44,126 bases of DNA, from contig JYFJ02003295.1 in the NCBI GenBank assembly GCA_000934665.2, positions 1 through 44,126 on the forward strand, in the 5' to 3' direction. Within the stretch, counting starts at the first letter, position 1, and the number at the start of each line of letters is the position of its first letter. This document shows, in pieces, positions 1 through 14,110 of this stretch. The notes beneath the pieces were generated by a model. That model searched no databases, was not told the origin of the DNA, and saw only the letters and a program-made list of their open reading frames with translations. This stretch comes from Catajapyx aquilonaris (taxonomy: Eukaryota). A program made the translations under genes and the position numbers.

Positions 1-3000
1 GGGGGGAGGTTGAAAATGGTCAAAATCTCTTCTTATTCCAGCACGCGCGCCAACTGGGGAATGCAAAGTAATGAAGAAATGGTTGGGGAGCAGACAGCAA
101 AGCGGTACTGGCTGGTTCCAAAGGCTTCAAGAAAATGGTGGGGGAGTCTTTTCAAAATGGGGGAGAAAAAAAATAAGCCTGTTCCCTGCAGGGGTCGGTA
201 ATTGAGAGTCTGTTCAAACAAGTGACGTGAAGTCGCGCACTGTTGGTTGACTTCTGAAAAGTGAATACTTGTCACATGAATGTGGAACACCAGTTCTTGC
301 CAAAATTTAGGTGGGGGTCATTAACATATGAATATTTTAAGACCGTTTTTGTATGCATAATGTGAAGGTATTAAAACCATGGCAGTAATAATAGGTGGCG
401 ATGAGGGCTAAAGAGAGAGAGGACAGAGGCAATCTGTCGCGCGACAAAAAGTGCCCTCTGGGGCCCAGCAATTGACACGACCACCCATCCGGACGTCGTG
501 GAGGGGGGGGGGGACTGCAAAAAAGAATATTCCGGGGGAAGCGTCGCTGGCATCACAGGACCCAAACCGACGCTCCTGTCGCCCTTTGTCGCCCGATTGT
601 CGAACCATTGTTCTAGGAGCAAGCGACTGTCGCATGGGAGCTAGGTGCAGGGGATCCCCCGTACCAACAATGTGGGGGACACGTAATCCTAGCCGGTGTC
701 CCTTTTCCACCAGTCCAGACCCCCACCTCATCCCCATCCGTCCATCCATCCGCCCTTGCAAATAATCCTCTCTTTCGGAGGGGGTGCATGGGTGTGCGCG
801 GTGTCGGATGGACCCGCTGGAGGGGTGGGTTTGATGTGACAGTTGGGGTGTCGTCTGTCGCTCTTGTCGGGTGTTTGCTGACAGCTTGCGTCAGGACTCT
901 CCCGGCTACTCTGTCAGGTTCAATCCCCAGAATCACGGATTCACATGCAAACAGGTCGCTCGTCTGTCCAAGCCGCTATTTTAACTCGAATGGTAGAAAT
1001 GGTTATATCAACAGAAAGCACGTTGAATGCACTGTACATTGTTGTAATTGATAATGTAATTCTTGTTTTCTTTTGACATTTTGAGGGTCGTGATAGGCTT
1101 AAGCGCTATTAAGAGCAGCTATTTCATTTCAGTTTACATTCAAAATAATGTAACAGTCCGAAACCGTTATACGGCAACAAAACTGAATGGCCCAAAAGCT
1201 TCCATTTTGCTGTTGTCCAGGGAGACAAGATGGAGGCTTCTCTTCTCACGAAGGGAGGACTGGAAAACAAATTGCGGTCACGACAGCTCGACCTCCCCTA
1301 AGTGGCCACCAGCTATGGATAGACCCCAGTGTAGTCCCTGTATAGTTGGGGCGTCGCTGTTGTGAAGGGATGCGTGCAGCTTTGAGTGGGCCTGAATGGC
1401 CAGATAGCCGCGGCCAGATGGACGCCGTCGTTGGCGATTGTGCTGCCACAATGGCCTATCCCATGTCGGCGACAAAGCCCGAGTCAAGGTGGAGGGGGGC
1501 TCATTGAATGTAAACAGATGCTGATGGGGCGATATCAGCTAACACTTGCGAGCACCCTTAGTTAGCTGACTGGTAGGAGGAGTATCTAAGGGGAGGATAT
1601 TATATGGCCAAAAAAGATGGGCCAGATGGGATGCTGGGCTCGTCGGCCACGGTCATCAAGAGGTTGGATGGTGTCGTGGGCTGGTCCGTGTTTTCTCCAC
1701 GGTTGCCCCAGCTCTGATAGGGGGTCCTCTATTGTCCACCAGCTCTTGTGTACCCACAAAAGGACCCGAAACTGAAACCCCCAACAACACTCCAAGTGGA
1801 GTGTGCTGTCTACTACACACAAGAATAAATTCAGCTTTGTGAGATACTGGGTTTGGATCAATGCGCCAGGGTGCGGTCGTTGTCGTTCTACTTGTTAACC
1901 GTTGGTCAAACTTTGTGCAACCCAGGCTCAAGAGCTGCTGCTGGTCGTTGTCGAAAGTTTATCAAAAGCCGGTGAGAAACACTCTGGAACAAAAGAACAA
2001 AATTTCCTTGGAGAATGGCATTTACTCTTGCGTGATCAGGCCCCGCCTTTTCACTCTATACTTCTTGTAGAAAACAAACCGTCCAAGTATTGAGTTTTCA
2101 AGTTTCTTGCCATAATGAGAAACAATACCTCTGCATAGAGAAGGCAGAATATGGCTTTAACGTTATTAAGAGTGCCATTCATATTGCAACTTAATGACGA
2201 AAGTTTAACATACGTCATTGTGGTGCGAAGCGAAGATTAGAAATTTCTGTGGTTGCACTGTGAAAAGTCTATTCAGACCATTCTCTTGTTTTTAGATGGG
2301 GTAAACTTACCTGTCTTTCTTTTGAATGCGATGCGAACAAAACCAGCCATTATTAAAGTATTTCTGAAGAGAACATACTTTTGTACATTTTAGAGCAGCT
2401 GCCTTTAGTTTTCTATTAATGTACCGTAACAATATGCGAATATTTTAACTGAAGGCCAATCAGGATTACTCCTCTAAAGGTTCAGTGTCGCCCGTGAGAA
2501 CAGATCACAAACTAAGATAGTACACCCAGATCTTATCAGTCCTTTTTTTTTCTTCAAACCTGGTTAATCGTCCAGCTTTGAATTTCTCGAACCCAACTCT
2601 ATAGGATAAGACTTGACCCTGTGGTTATGATAAGCGAAGGGCCTGACCTCAGAGGACCCTCTCCATTCCATGTGGGTGAAAAGACGAGGATACCACATCA
2701 ACGCAATCAGTCAGGGCCAAAGGGCAGGTCCCATGCTGGAGGGCCTTCCCCTGATTTCCATTCACGTTTGGGACCCCACTGGATTATCGGCTTGTTCTAT
2801 CAGACCAGGTGCGTCGGAAAAAGTTCTACTAGATGACTATCGTCCTTTTTTTAGTCAACCGCTGCTGTTACCCATTTTAGAATATTCCTGGTCAGTTTAT
2901 GACTCTTTACTTGGAGACAAATCGGATCCTAACACAATGCTATTGTGCGTCATACTGCAGTATGACGCACTTTTTTAGCTATTATGCTAGTGAATTTCTA

Positions 3001-6000
3001 ATTCTTCAATGTGGAAGCCTTACGCATGAATGCTGATGGGGAGAGGATAAAAAGAATCATTTTTTTGAGACTCGGGTGGAGACACTTTTTTCCCCCTCCG
3101 ACTTGTCCAGGTGACTCATAGCAAGGCAGGGGGGCCAGAGAAAAGAGGAGCGGTGACCTAAACCATTCATCACCTGAGCTGTTTATAATTCGGCCCGAAA
3201 AAAAAGCTATAGAGCGAACGCAAGACAATTTTATAGCCCATATCGGTGGTCAATATTACACCTGCTACAACCAGGAGCTAGCATTGCAAAAATCCGGACC
3301 AACACCCGTGGAGTTGCCCATACATCTTGGTAGTAACCGTAGCAAATGGGCCGTCAGAAGCCTAGATTTACTGAGAGGAATAGTTTCAGTTGGTGACACC
3401 CGCATTGATTTACTATCCAAATCCCCCATGGAGTCCCCAGTGTGTTAAAATCCTCTAGTGTTGCTGCTGGACTTCTTCTGGAGGATAGCAACCAGCATCA
3501 GTCTATCCGTCTGTCCTAATCCTGCATCGAGAATCAATTAAATCGAGAGGATGGGCTCCCGATAAGTCGGTCGGAGGAATCGTCCATTGTCACCGACTCG
3601 TCCGGGCTTGGGCGACCGGCAGTTTTCCATTATGGGCCACAAAGGCCGACCCTCTATCAGCTTACTCTTCGAAAATAACGTTCGATTGGGATTCTGTGCC
3701 AGGAACAAAGCAGCTTTTGCCTGGCCGTCAATGCGGGAAGGGGGCTCCAGGGTTGTCGCAGGAAAGGCCTTGGCAGGGGGGAGGGGGAGAGCACGTATAT
3801 AACCTTTATTTTTATTTTTTGTCAAAGGAGGGTTTAAAGTTGGGGGGGNGGTTGGGGTCGGTTCAAATAATTTCAGCCTGGCGGATTTGATCGACCTTTA
3901 TATGGCTTGTTCTAGGCGGTTGGGGGAATTGTGGCGCTTCTTTTGCGACTTATTGGAGACTTTTTGCGGGGGAGTCAGCAGGTTGTGGGATACAAGTGTT
4001 TGTTGGATTGGTTATATACGATTTTGGCACCCTTGTGCACAGAGTAAGCTGTTATGTATGGATAGGCCTTAATCATAATGGGATGCAAAAAATATAGACC
4101 AAAATAATGGTTATTGGGGTTAATATTAAAAGATGATGCGGTGAACCTGTAGGTTTCCGTAAGGAGTAATGAAAAAAATGTGACAGCTTACAGTACACCG
4201 TACAAGTGGACAAAATAATGTACTCCAGGTTTTCAGGGAAGGAGGGGATATTATTTAATTGAACAATGTTTGTGCAAATACGTTCAACGTCCTTTGTGCC
4301 ATTATAATGCATAAGTAGCACCAAGTTCATTAACGAAGCGGAAGAACTCATCACCTAAAACATGTGTATAGGATTAATGCTACTTAGTGCGGATGCTGAC
4401 ATCATCAACACCCCAGTGAATCCCATATGCTAGTTTTAAGTGAACAAGAAAGTGCCCTTATATCCTCCCCCTTCTACAAACAATTTGAAAAGTCATCCAC
4501 ATCCAAAAGTGTGTGCCAACACCATGAGTCACGCCATATGCCATCTCCTTTGACTCCATGGTCCAACAACCGGCCTGGTCACTCCTCAAGAAGTTCCATT
4601 TGACAAAATAGGTTCTTGCATAATTTGGGTCCAGCGCACTTGCTCCTATATAGGGTGTGTCCCAGCAGCATCGGGAAGCTGCCACAATCTCCTGGCGCCT
4701 CGTCAGCACCACTCTTTTGTACGTCGGTGGGAAGATTTGAGGCGAGGGGCTGTTTGATTTTGTTATACCCTCTTAGAGAGCACAATGCAAGGCGGTATTG
4801 TGCGGGGGGGNGCAGGATGGGGGAGTATGGCGCTAGGCTGTGTGGAGTGGCACATCTGCATCTGAAAGCGTCTGTGTCAAACGGCAGAATGGCGGCAGAG
4901 GAGGGAGTTTTATCCCAATGAAGGTTACGTATTATGTGGATCACGGGAGGACATCCTTGGCGAAATGCCGCCGAAAATGATATGGAAATTGATTTTGTGA
5001 AATGGTTGACTTTACATTTGTCGGGCATATATATATTTCACCTAGAGAGGTGGCTGTGGAAAAGGAGATTGCATTTACCTTCTGTGGCTGGCTGGATGGG
5101 GAGGATACTCCCCCCCAAAAAAGGAAGAAAAAAAGAGGAGGATTTTAAACTTTCCCCCTCACCCCTGCCATCCCCCCTTCTTCTTCTTGACAAAACCCCC
5201 TCCCCCCTTACTCTTCAGCACTCCATTCCTCCTTTTTAGTGAGGGGATAACGAGAGGTATTGGGAGTGAAAGCGCGTGTTTGTGTTTTTTAAGATCGGGG
5301 TGAAGGCTGGACTAGGGCGGGGGGGGGGGGGGNGGGAGGGAAGGAGGAAAGGGGATGGATTCTTGTATTACTAAAGAGTCACAGTCTGAGGGACTGGAAT
5401 AGGCAGAATTTGCATCAACTTGGTATAGCAAGCCTTGAAAGGAATCTTTGTATAGTCTGACGATGACATTTGAATATACAGGGCAGAAGCATTTATTAGT
5501 TGGTGGGACTGGTGGATGGCGGTTGCAATATTTACGATGGTGAATTACAAGGAGCAATAATATCCTGAAGTGTAAGCAGCACACCATACGTAACCTTCGC
5601 TTGAGGCTATTCCGTAGTACTGTACTGTACAGTACACTACAACCATGTACTGTGCTGCACAGTATTACGTGGCAATAAGTGACTGACTGACTTCGGTTTT
5701 ATTGCCAAACAGCCAAGTTGTTATCAATAAATATTTTTCTCCTATTACATTGATACGTCATTAACAAGTGAACGTGACTTGCATAAATACGGCAAATTCG
5801 ATACCGGTAGGTCATTTGAATTATTGTAGACTGCACAATATATTTTGAAATGATTTTACACAGCACTGCGCAATATACTAAGTCCTAAATATCCTCGTGG
5901 AGGCTGGAAAAGCAATTAATATGGCACACACGTATTCCTTGATGGACCCGTGACATACTCAGCATTACGTAACAGCTATAACGCATACCTATCCTGTCCA

Positions 6001-8485
6001 GTGTCCGTATAAAGCATTCAACACGTAATCCAATTAAATTGAACACATTAAGCACATCTATTTATGGACACTAATTTATGCAGCTACGTGACAACCTGGC
6101 ATTAGATAACCTATACAATACCTAACCCCTCTCCCACTATAGGTGCGATGTAATAAATATGAAAATTGCAGTTTATAATTAGTATTCCTCCAGGCATTTA
6201 GTTACCCCTAAAAGTCTTCTTGAATAGAAGCATGTATGTAAAAGGCAATCCCTTTTGTACCTGTCCCTAGCTTGGCATCAGCCTCACACGTGACGTGAAG
6301 ATCCTTCCCACTCTAACATGCGCATTCCTGTATTGGTAGGGTCACAGAAGGTCTCGGCGGCTGCCTCTCGTAGCCCTCGCCTCACCCCCTCGGGTCATCA
6401 TTACGCCCGCCTTCTGACAGCTCGACTCACGGCCGTCAAAGCCTAAACCAAAGGCCGCCATTGTGAGTTGCCGTCACGTCTTGACGCCTCTCCACAAACC
6501 ACGGTGGGATTGGGACAATGCCCATTAGACGCCGGAGCAAGGGCCCTGCTTATGCCAAGGTTATAGAAACGGTGAGGTATATTTGATAGCATTGCCCAGC
6601 AATTCAAATTAATGTGATTGCTTCATCCGAGGAAATAACTATTACGCAATATTTTCATAAACAATAGCGCACTAGGAAGTGAAATGTCCTGTACGCCCCA
6701 ATGTGTATGAAAAAGGTCGAATAATAAATAGAAAGCAGTACTCGTCACTGTAGATAAGAGATGAAAAGCGTCCCGAATAAAGAATAGGAAGTGTGTGATA
6801 TGCAGAGCAGCTACGTTTGTGATCCGTAAAAAGGCCTGTCCTTATGTCACAAGCGGCCCAAGGGGGATTGTGGGCTTGAAAGGATTACGTCCATGTGTCA
6901 CGTTGAGTCGAAGAAGCCCCATGTCCCAAGCTCCAACGCCAAGGGAGCTCGGAACATGTGAAGACAGCTCCGTAATGCGCGCAACGAGTGATTCCAGTTT
7001 TTCCCTCCTTTATGGTCATGGCGCCCGGTAGGTTCGTGTATGGGCCCGTCATGCTCACTACCATGGAATTCCACAGCTCGTGATATATTATACCCGAAGC
7101 ACAGGGCTAATCTCAAGACAGGGGGGATCTTAAGAGAATCGTGTCAGATTCGGTACAAAAGAGTCGTTTTGTCCGACTGAAAATGTACGCGTTTTGCATA
7201 TTGTGCGGCTTTCGTTCCTAGTTTGACTCCGTATTGACTAATCCGCATATTGCTGCTGGGCGGTCCAGACCGGCAACGTGGTACGATAATTTAGTAGTGT
7301 CTCATGAATAGTTGGAACAGAAATAAATCAAGTAAGCCGGGTTTGCATGTGGAATTTATCCACCTGGTTCGTTGGTAACAGGTAATCATAAGCTGATAAC
7401 TACGTTCTACATGATACCCACTACTAATTATGGCTGAAATATCGACATACAGAATCAGTGTAGTATTGTGCGGTCTATAGTACCCGGCATCTTTATTATG
7501 AGAAATGGTTTATGACTCATTGTTTGCAGCCGAGTGTCGCATTATAATTCATTCCGACAAGTTTACAGCCTACATATCGTCTCCAGAGATGCCTTTTTAT
7601 AGCAGATGACTTGTGTAGTCCAGCAATAATTTAATGATCAATATCTTGTTCTCAGAATGGCACAGGCCTTGAAATACGGCACTGAAGGCAAACCATTAAT
7701 TCTGCACCGCCACACTCACAAATGGAGTCTTATAGAAATAGACTGCTACACACATTTTTTGTGCCTTTATGCTGACGACATTTAGAGGGGTCCTTGTTGT
7801 AATTATTTTCCCCCCGGACCGGAGATGGGTAGAAGGGGATTATTTGTGCAGAGTTATAAAGATCATTTGCATATCCAAAGACCACCTGAGTAGGCATGGA
7901 TTAGTCCAGAGTTAGTGTGTATAGAGGGCGTCTAAGCAGCTGTCTGTACAGTCCTCCCAAAAAAGTGTAAGCAGGCCAAGTTTATGTGGAACAATGTTTT
8001 TCTTAGCCCATGAGATCATATAAAGGGCGGGTCCAAAGATGCATTCATTATTATTCCTCACCAAATAAGGCAAGGACAGGCCTCAAAGAGAGACCGCTCA
8101 CCCCTAGCCCAACACTTGATGTGACCGGCATTGGGTCTAGGAGTTTGTCCCTGCTTGTACCATGTCCCCCGTGAAATGGCTCCCGATGTGTAAATTACAA
8201 TTAGGACGTCATTGTGCTGGACGACTGCGGCCGTAGAGCAGCCAAAGGGGCCGTGCACCATGCAGAGAATGGGGCACCCCTGGATTTGGTCACGATAAAG
8301 TGGGTTGTGGGTATACGCAACCAGCACCTGCGGATCGTTTTGCCCTTCCCTTGCTTGACATACCCGATACCCCCAATGATATTAATTGGGCCTTTTTTAT
8401 AGCCATTACTCGGAGCCGCCTTGAACAAATGGTCACATGCTGACGTCGAGTGTGGTAAGATAGATAACTTCCCGTAGATTGCAGC

Positions 8486-8541
8486 CATGAGACGTGGGGT
8501 AGTTTTTTATGGTCATGAGAAGTGGGGTAGTTTTTTATGGC
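8486..8541. repeat. 28-bp tandem duplication
   Basis: catgagacgtggggtagttttttatggt (8486-8513) followed by catgagaagtggggtagttttttatggc (8514-8541); 26/28 identical. Confidence 0.9.
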
Positions 8542-11500
8542 CATTGTTGTAGATAAGCTTATGTGTGGGCATGTATATATGAGCTAGACTTACTTTACCT
8601 CAATTCTATTAAAATTGACTGAACTGTTCAACCACAGTTGAAATATTAACCGTAAAAAATTTCCTCCATGTAATGTGCGATTCCATAATGACTCGAAGCA
8701 GTTGCAATTCCACTACCCTGGCGCCTAGCTGGGAATGTATAGCCGGGTTAGTAAAGTGCTCATACGTTGAGGTGGAGAATGATCCTCTCCACCCCCCTCT
8801 AACCTCCCTTCCCCCCAAAAAACCCTGCTGCAATCTATGGAACCCTTGACGCACAACCCGAGAGCTTCTGTCTCTGCTCTGGTCGGCTGACTCCCAATGG
8901 GTGCCAGAGAGGTCGGCCTGGGGGGGCCCCTGCTTTCACTGCTAATATGCATTTTCATCCTCAGTTGACTTGAGAGTCTTGCTCGGCATTGCGGATCGAG
9001 AGGGGATTGGTGGCGCCTGTCTAGCGGGCCATATATTGTCCATATTGGAACCCAAGATCAGCAATGTCTGAGAGAGACGTATTTTTGCGCTTTTTGGACC
9101 CTATATATACCTCCCTTTTTGCACACAACAACCCAGCTCGCCACTCCAGTCACTCCTTTTTAACTCCAACCAACTCCCCCTAAAAAAGAACCCTTGTGCG
9201 CCCCCATTGTTGTCTATGAATAGGCTCCATTTATACAACTTTTTGAAGTCAGGCATGGGGGCATATGCAGCCTGCCTTTTCCCTGCCCCCCCTCTCACTC
9301 TACACTGCAAAATCCTCCTGCACTCCCCCCTTAGTATGAGCCTTTTGCAGTCATTAGAGGGGGGGTCCATGGAGGACAGGGCGGAGGGAACGCGCTTGCT
9401 AAACCAAACTCGAGTTCGCTTCATTGAAATTCCTCTTTCTGGCTGGCTGACTCCGGGAGAGCTTGCCTGTTTGGGCAAAAGGGGGAGAAGGGATATGTGG
9501 CTCCTACCTCACACACACAGAAACACGTTCCTGCTCCCTAAAAAAAAGGGGACCTGAAATAGTACTGGACTGCACTCATTTTTTGCCCATTTTTAAAAAC
9601 TGTAGAAAATGAGTCATTGGCAAAGGAGAGGTGGATTGGAAATCGGTTTTCAAATTCGGGTGGGTTCCATTTTTCCGGGAGTTGACAAGGGCTGCTGAGA
9701 GGATCAGAGTGGAGATGGATTGGAGCCAGGAGCAGTTCGTCTTGTGTTAACGAGAATCGGAACAAGTCTGAAGCCTGCTGATTGGTACGAAATGTCGCTT
9801 GCTCGACTATGGAGCGTTTGTATTTCCCCAGCATATTGGGAGAACGGTTTCGACAAAGGCGTGCCCCTTCTAATTAGACACTGTTGTGAAGCAGCATCGG
9901 ATTTTAATCCTTCATGTGACGACAATGATTCTCCCAAGATGTGTATTGACAAGTGGTAGAGGAGGAGACGGTGGTTGTTGGCAACGTCGGTCGGTTGGGG
10001 TTGCAAAGTGCCATATCCTCCCCGGCCATTAATCACGATTCCCCGGTTTTCATCCTTTTTTTGAGACCCACGTCCTAATTCAAGATCGATTTTCAAGACA
10101 CGATTAATTTAAAGTCAGCTCCTGTTGCTCTTTCGGAAAGAGGAGAAGGCTCTCGATTATCGATGATCATCCGAGCTAGACGAGCATTCTATCCTTCCGG
10201 GATCACGCCTGGCAACTGTTGGATGCTGCAGCAAGCAGGCAGATTGCGGCTTTTCAGGTCTATTATAATAGGTCCGAGCTTCAAAGGTTTTTGCTATAAC
10301 GAGCCATCATGTAGCCTATATTGTTATGCGTGCGTCAGAGTCACTGGCGTTTTCATTGTTGGACCTATATAGGGTGGCTGTGGTTCGAGGGATGTTGAGG
10401 ATCCAAGAGGTTGGTATACCTTGGGATGGTTCCTCGTCGGTCTTGTTTTGTGAAGAGTCTGATCATGGTGGCTGGATAGATAAGCTCTCAGAAACCCAAT
10501 GGGTGGGAGTCATGAGTCATTACCAACCATTGACAGGGTTACAAAGGGTGGAAAAAGTGATACTCTTGCTCCTGCATATGGGATTTGCCAACATACATTC
10601 GTTGTCAGTTGTCTAGGATTGATATTCTTATTAGGCTTTGGTAAAAAGTGCACTTAGATGTTAAGTAGTCCAATACGAAACGAATTGAAAAAATGAACTT
10701 TCTCCTCTTGGTATAACATTTTGACAGGTATAATACGATACCGATATGAATCTTGACAGGTGATCAAACAACATGTAATTATGCATTGTCATTCATCAAA
10801 TGTTTCAGATCATACACATACAACATTATATCAGAATGGACATTAATATTAGGTTCGCGCAATAATGCATAAATGCATAAAAATTGACAAGAATTGGTGT
10901 ACGATATCGTTGTTCTCGGTTGTTCTTAACAAAATGACATTATTTTGTGAAAGCATGGAATGAGAATCTCAGAGTCTGCTGCAGTGCATGTATCGATTAT
11001 GTCCCACTCACTGGATGAGAATGCAAATGGTCACGTCCACCTCATTCTAAAACTGAAATATAAATTTTGACAAATAGTGTCGAAAAGATAGAAATAAACC
11101 GTTTGCATCATTAATTAGTGTAAAATTATTTTTGCTTGTAAAGTCATCAACAAGATTAAGTTGTGAAGAGTAGACTTGGGCCTTTAATATTCTCACCATT
11201 ATTGCTGATAAATACTGTATACCGTCATCTTTGCACGCTCGTTATAATCAAATACATCAGAAGTGACTGTGTAATATTTAAACGCACTGGAAATGTCCCC
11301 ACACTGTACGGTGTTGCTATTGAACCAATTAATTAAAAGCCTAACGTACAGCTATTCGCGAAACACTGATATTTGTGAAAAGGCTGTTGTTTCCATGTCG
11401 TATATAAGCATCAAAGGATGATGGCCGATTATGTTCCAAAAGACATTATGCCATTGTCTATTCTGTTATACCGCAACAATATCAGTACAGAATGGCTCTC

Positions 11501-13011
11501 ATTCACGCAATAAATCCTCTTTATTATCCTAAGTTTCCGAAGTTCACCAATCATACCCTGCCACATCCCTCGATAAACTCCATACTGTAAAGGCTGTCAG
11601 TGAATGTACATCACGTTTATATGTAATACTTAATGACATTCCCTGTACTGCGACAAGATTATGAGCGTGTGCCGTCTGGTCCACGACCACATACAGACTA
11701 CTGCACGGATGGACTATTTTTCAAGCATTCAATTTGTCAGCACCCACCAAATTTCCCCATTGCAAATCCACCAGCTTCTTTCCCTTCTTTTTTCTAGCGA
11801 CACTTTTAAAACTACTCTCTTTTCATCAGCTTACCATTGAGTTCTAAAACCCCACAAAAAATACTACTGGTGCACCTCCCCCAACCAGAGGCAGCAGCTC
11901 AATTCTAATCTCATTGCGATTGAGTCGTGTTGCTGGGGGCCTCCCAAGCTCCTTTTCTGCGTGACATATTCAAGTGAGAATATGCGCCAGGCACCGCCAT
12001 AATGTCCTCTGGAATCCAGACGAAACTTTATTGCCCAGTTTGGCAAAGAAAATTGGTGGGGCGGGCGCGACCGAGTTCCGCCCGACTAATTTGCTCTAAT
12101 GGAGGCCCTCCCCCAATTTTCAGTTGCCATCTCCGAGTACGCTTAATGCCTCCGCGGCCGATATAACACAGCATCCCCCCTCCCTAGTCCCTAGAAAGGC
12201 TCTCAAATGCCAACTGGAGTGCAGGACAGGAGGACCAAAGGCGGTGTTAATATCAGCCTGAATGCACGAGTGGTAGATATTAACCACACAGATTTTTTGC
12301 AGTTTTTTTTTTGTAATTAGGCCCAGGGGTGGAGCCTCTGCTACTTAATTTGGAAGAGCTTTTCACTCTTTGCATGGTTTTTTTTATATTCGGCAGCCGT
12401 CTCTCTCTTTTCCGCAATGGCAATGCATGAATGAATGAGTGATGAGGCAGTTTGGAATTGAAAAGTCGGAGGAACAAGCAGCACTTGCAACTGTGTGGCG
12501 TTTTCCCTGCCCCCGTCCTCTCTTCAAATCATTCGCCAATTCAAAGTGTTAATTAAGAGAGGCCTGGGAAAAGTGCAACTCATGTGGACCGCATTCTACG
12601 GAGCAGAATAGACCGTCTTGTCGAGAGTGGGGGAAGGGGGAGGTGGGAAGAGGGGAGATGCTGCTCAATTCACAGCCGTCGCCATTGGACCAGTGCGAGT
12701 CCAACAGTTCCTATGGCTTTTGCCCCTTTTTTTAACACTATAGTTTGCGCTTGGCAGACTTTTTCTCATGTCGTCTGCAGGAGGAGTGTACAATGGAGCA
12801 ATTCTGGGGATGAGTGCGACTTGGATTTTGGGATCATATTTTAGAGTTTTGTCCAAATGTTTGATGGGACACAAATGTGCACAGTAGCCTGTACCTTACT
12901 AACCAACACATATGCAATATTTCGCACATCCTTTGTGAATCAGAATAGTGTATATTAAACATAATGCAGTATTGAGAATTATAAATTTATTGATTGATGG
13001 ATAGTTATATA

Positions 13012-13614
13012 CAGGGTGTTTATTGTAACTCTGCAAAGACTTTCAGGGGTAATAGACGGGGCCAAGACAAGTATTTTTGACATAGGAACCCGTGTCCGGA
13101 AACGCCATCTAGAGGGGGTTCATAGGCAAGGAACGGGTGCGCTCAGACGCTTCATGCGGGAGGCTCTAGGCGAGCAGACTGTTTTGTTGATAGATGGCGC
13201 TCGGATAGTAACCAACGATGCGATGTGTCATAACGTGGCAACAACCAGTGAACTGTATATTGGTTCCAATATACAGTTCACTGGCAACAACAGAGCCATC
13301 TAGCAACTAAAGTCCGCCTCCTAGGAGACACGCGGATAGTCAACAGCTGTTCTGTTGTTGCCCGGTTATGGCGTATCGCGTTGTTGTTTACTTACAACCA
13401 TGCGATACGCCGGCAACAACTGCGCGCCACCTATAAACAAAACAGTCCGCTCGACTAGCGCCTCTCACCTGACGCGTCTGAGCGCACCCGTTCATTGTCT
13501 ATGAACCCCCTCTAAATGGCGTTTCCGGACACGGGTTCCTATATGTCAAAAATACTCGTCTTGGTCCCCTCTATTACCCCTGAAAGTCTTTGCAGAGTTA
13601 CAATAAACACCCTG
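13012..13614. mobile_element. Tc1/mariner-type MITE, 603 bp, with about 190-bp terminal inverted repeats
   Basis: Begins TA|cagggtgtttattgtaactctgcaaagactttcaggggtaataga and ends in its reverse complement ...caataaacaccctg|TA. TA target duplication on both sides (13010-13011, 13615-13616). The arms stay alignable to about 13200 and 13424. No transposase. Confidence 0.92.
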
Positions 13615-13718
13615 TATATAGTTATACGGAGCTAATTTTCAATCACAAAATATGACTGTCCACAGTCAAAATTCGTAAGTATAGCTGGGTCAGTATTTGG
13701 TAAAGACACGGTAATGAG

Positions 13719-14110
13719 CAGGGTGTTCGCAAATTCGTCTGCCAAAAGGATGTGGATGGTAGATGGTGCGTATATGGAAGAAGCATGCATGGGCGCCCGA
13801 AAGGCCAACGACGACGTTGACGTTGACGATGTCTATCCTGATAGGTATGGATACCCCCGTACATCGCTGGTTGCCGGAGTCAGGCGCTCGCACTTCCAGA
13901 CAGTTCCTCACCGCCTGACTCCGGCAACCATCGATGCAGGCATGTACGGGGATATCTATACTTGTCGTCGTCATCGTCAATGTCAAAGGTCGACATCTCC
14001 TAAACGTAGCGTCACCGGCCTTTCGGGCCCATGCCATGCCTTCACCATACGCGTCCCGGCCCCTATTATACACCCATATTATTTTGGCAGACGAATTTGG
14101 GAACACCATG
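13719..14110. mobile_element. Older Tc1/mariner-type fold-back MITE (about 390 bp)
   Basis: Left end cagggtgttcgcaaattcgtctgccaaaa; right end ttttggcagacgaatttgggaacaccatg|TA. Imperfect inverted symmetry continues to the centre (cccgaaaggcc/ggcctttcggg; ccccgtacat/atgtacgggg; perfect 19-bp central stem). The left TA is not preserved. Confidence 0.82.

Noticed and set aside
3849..5333. Ambiguous N bases at 3849, 4812 and 5333
   Set aside because: All lie in G homopolymers; sequencing or assembly uncertainty rather than biology.
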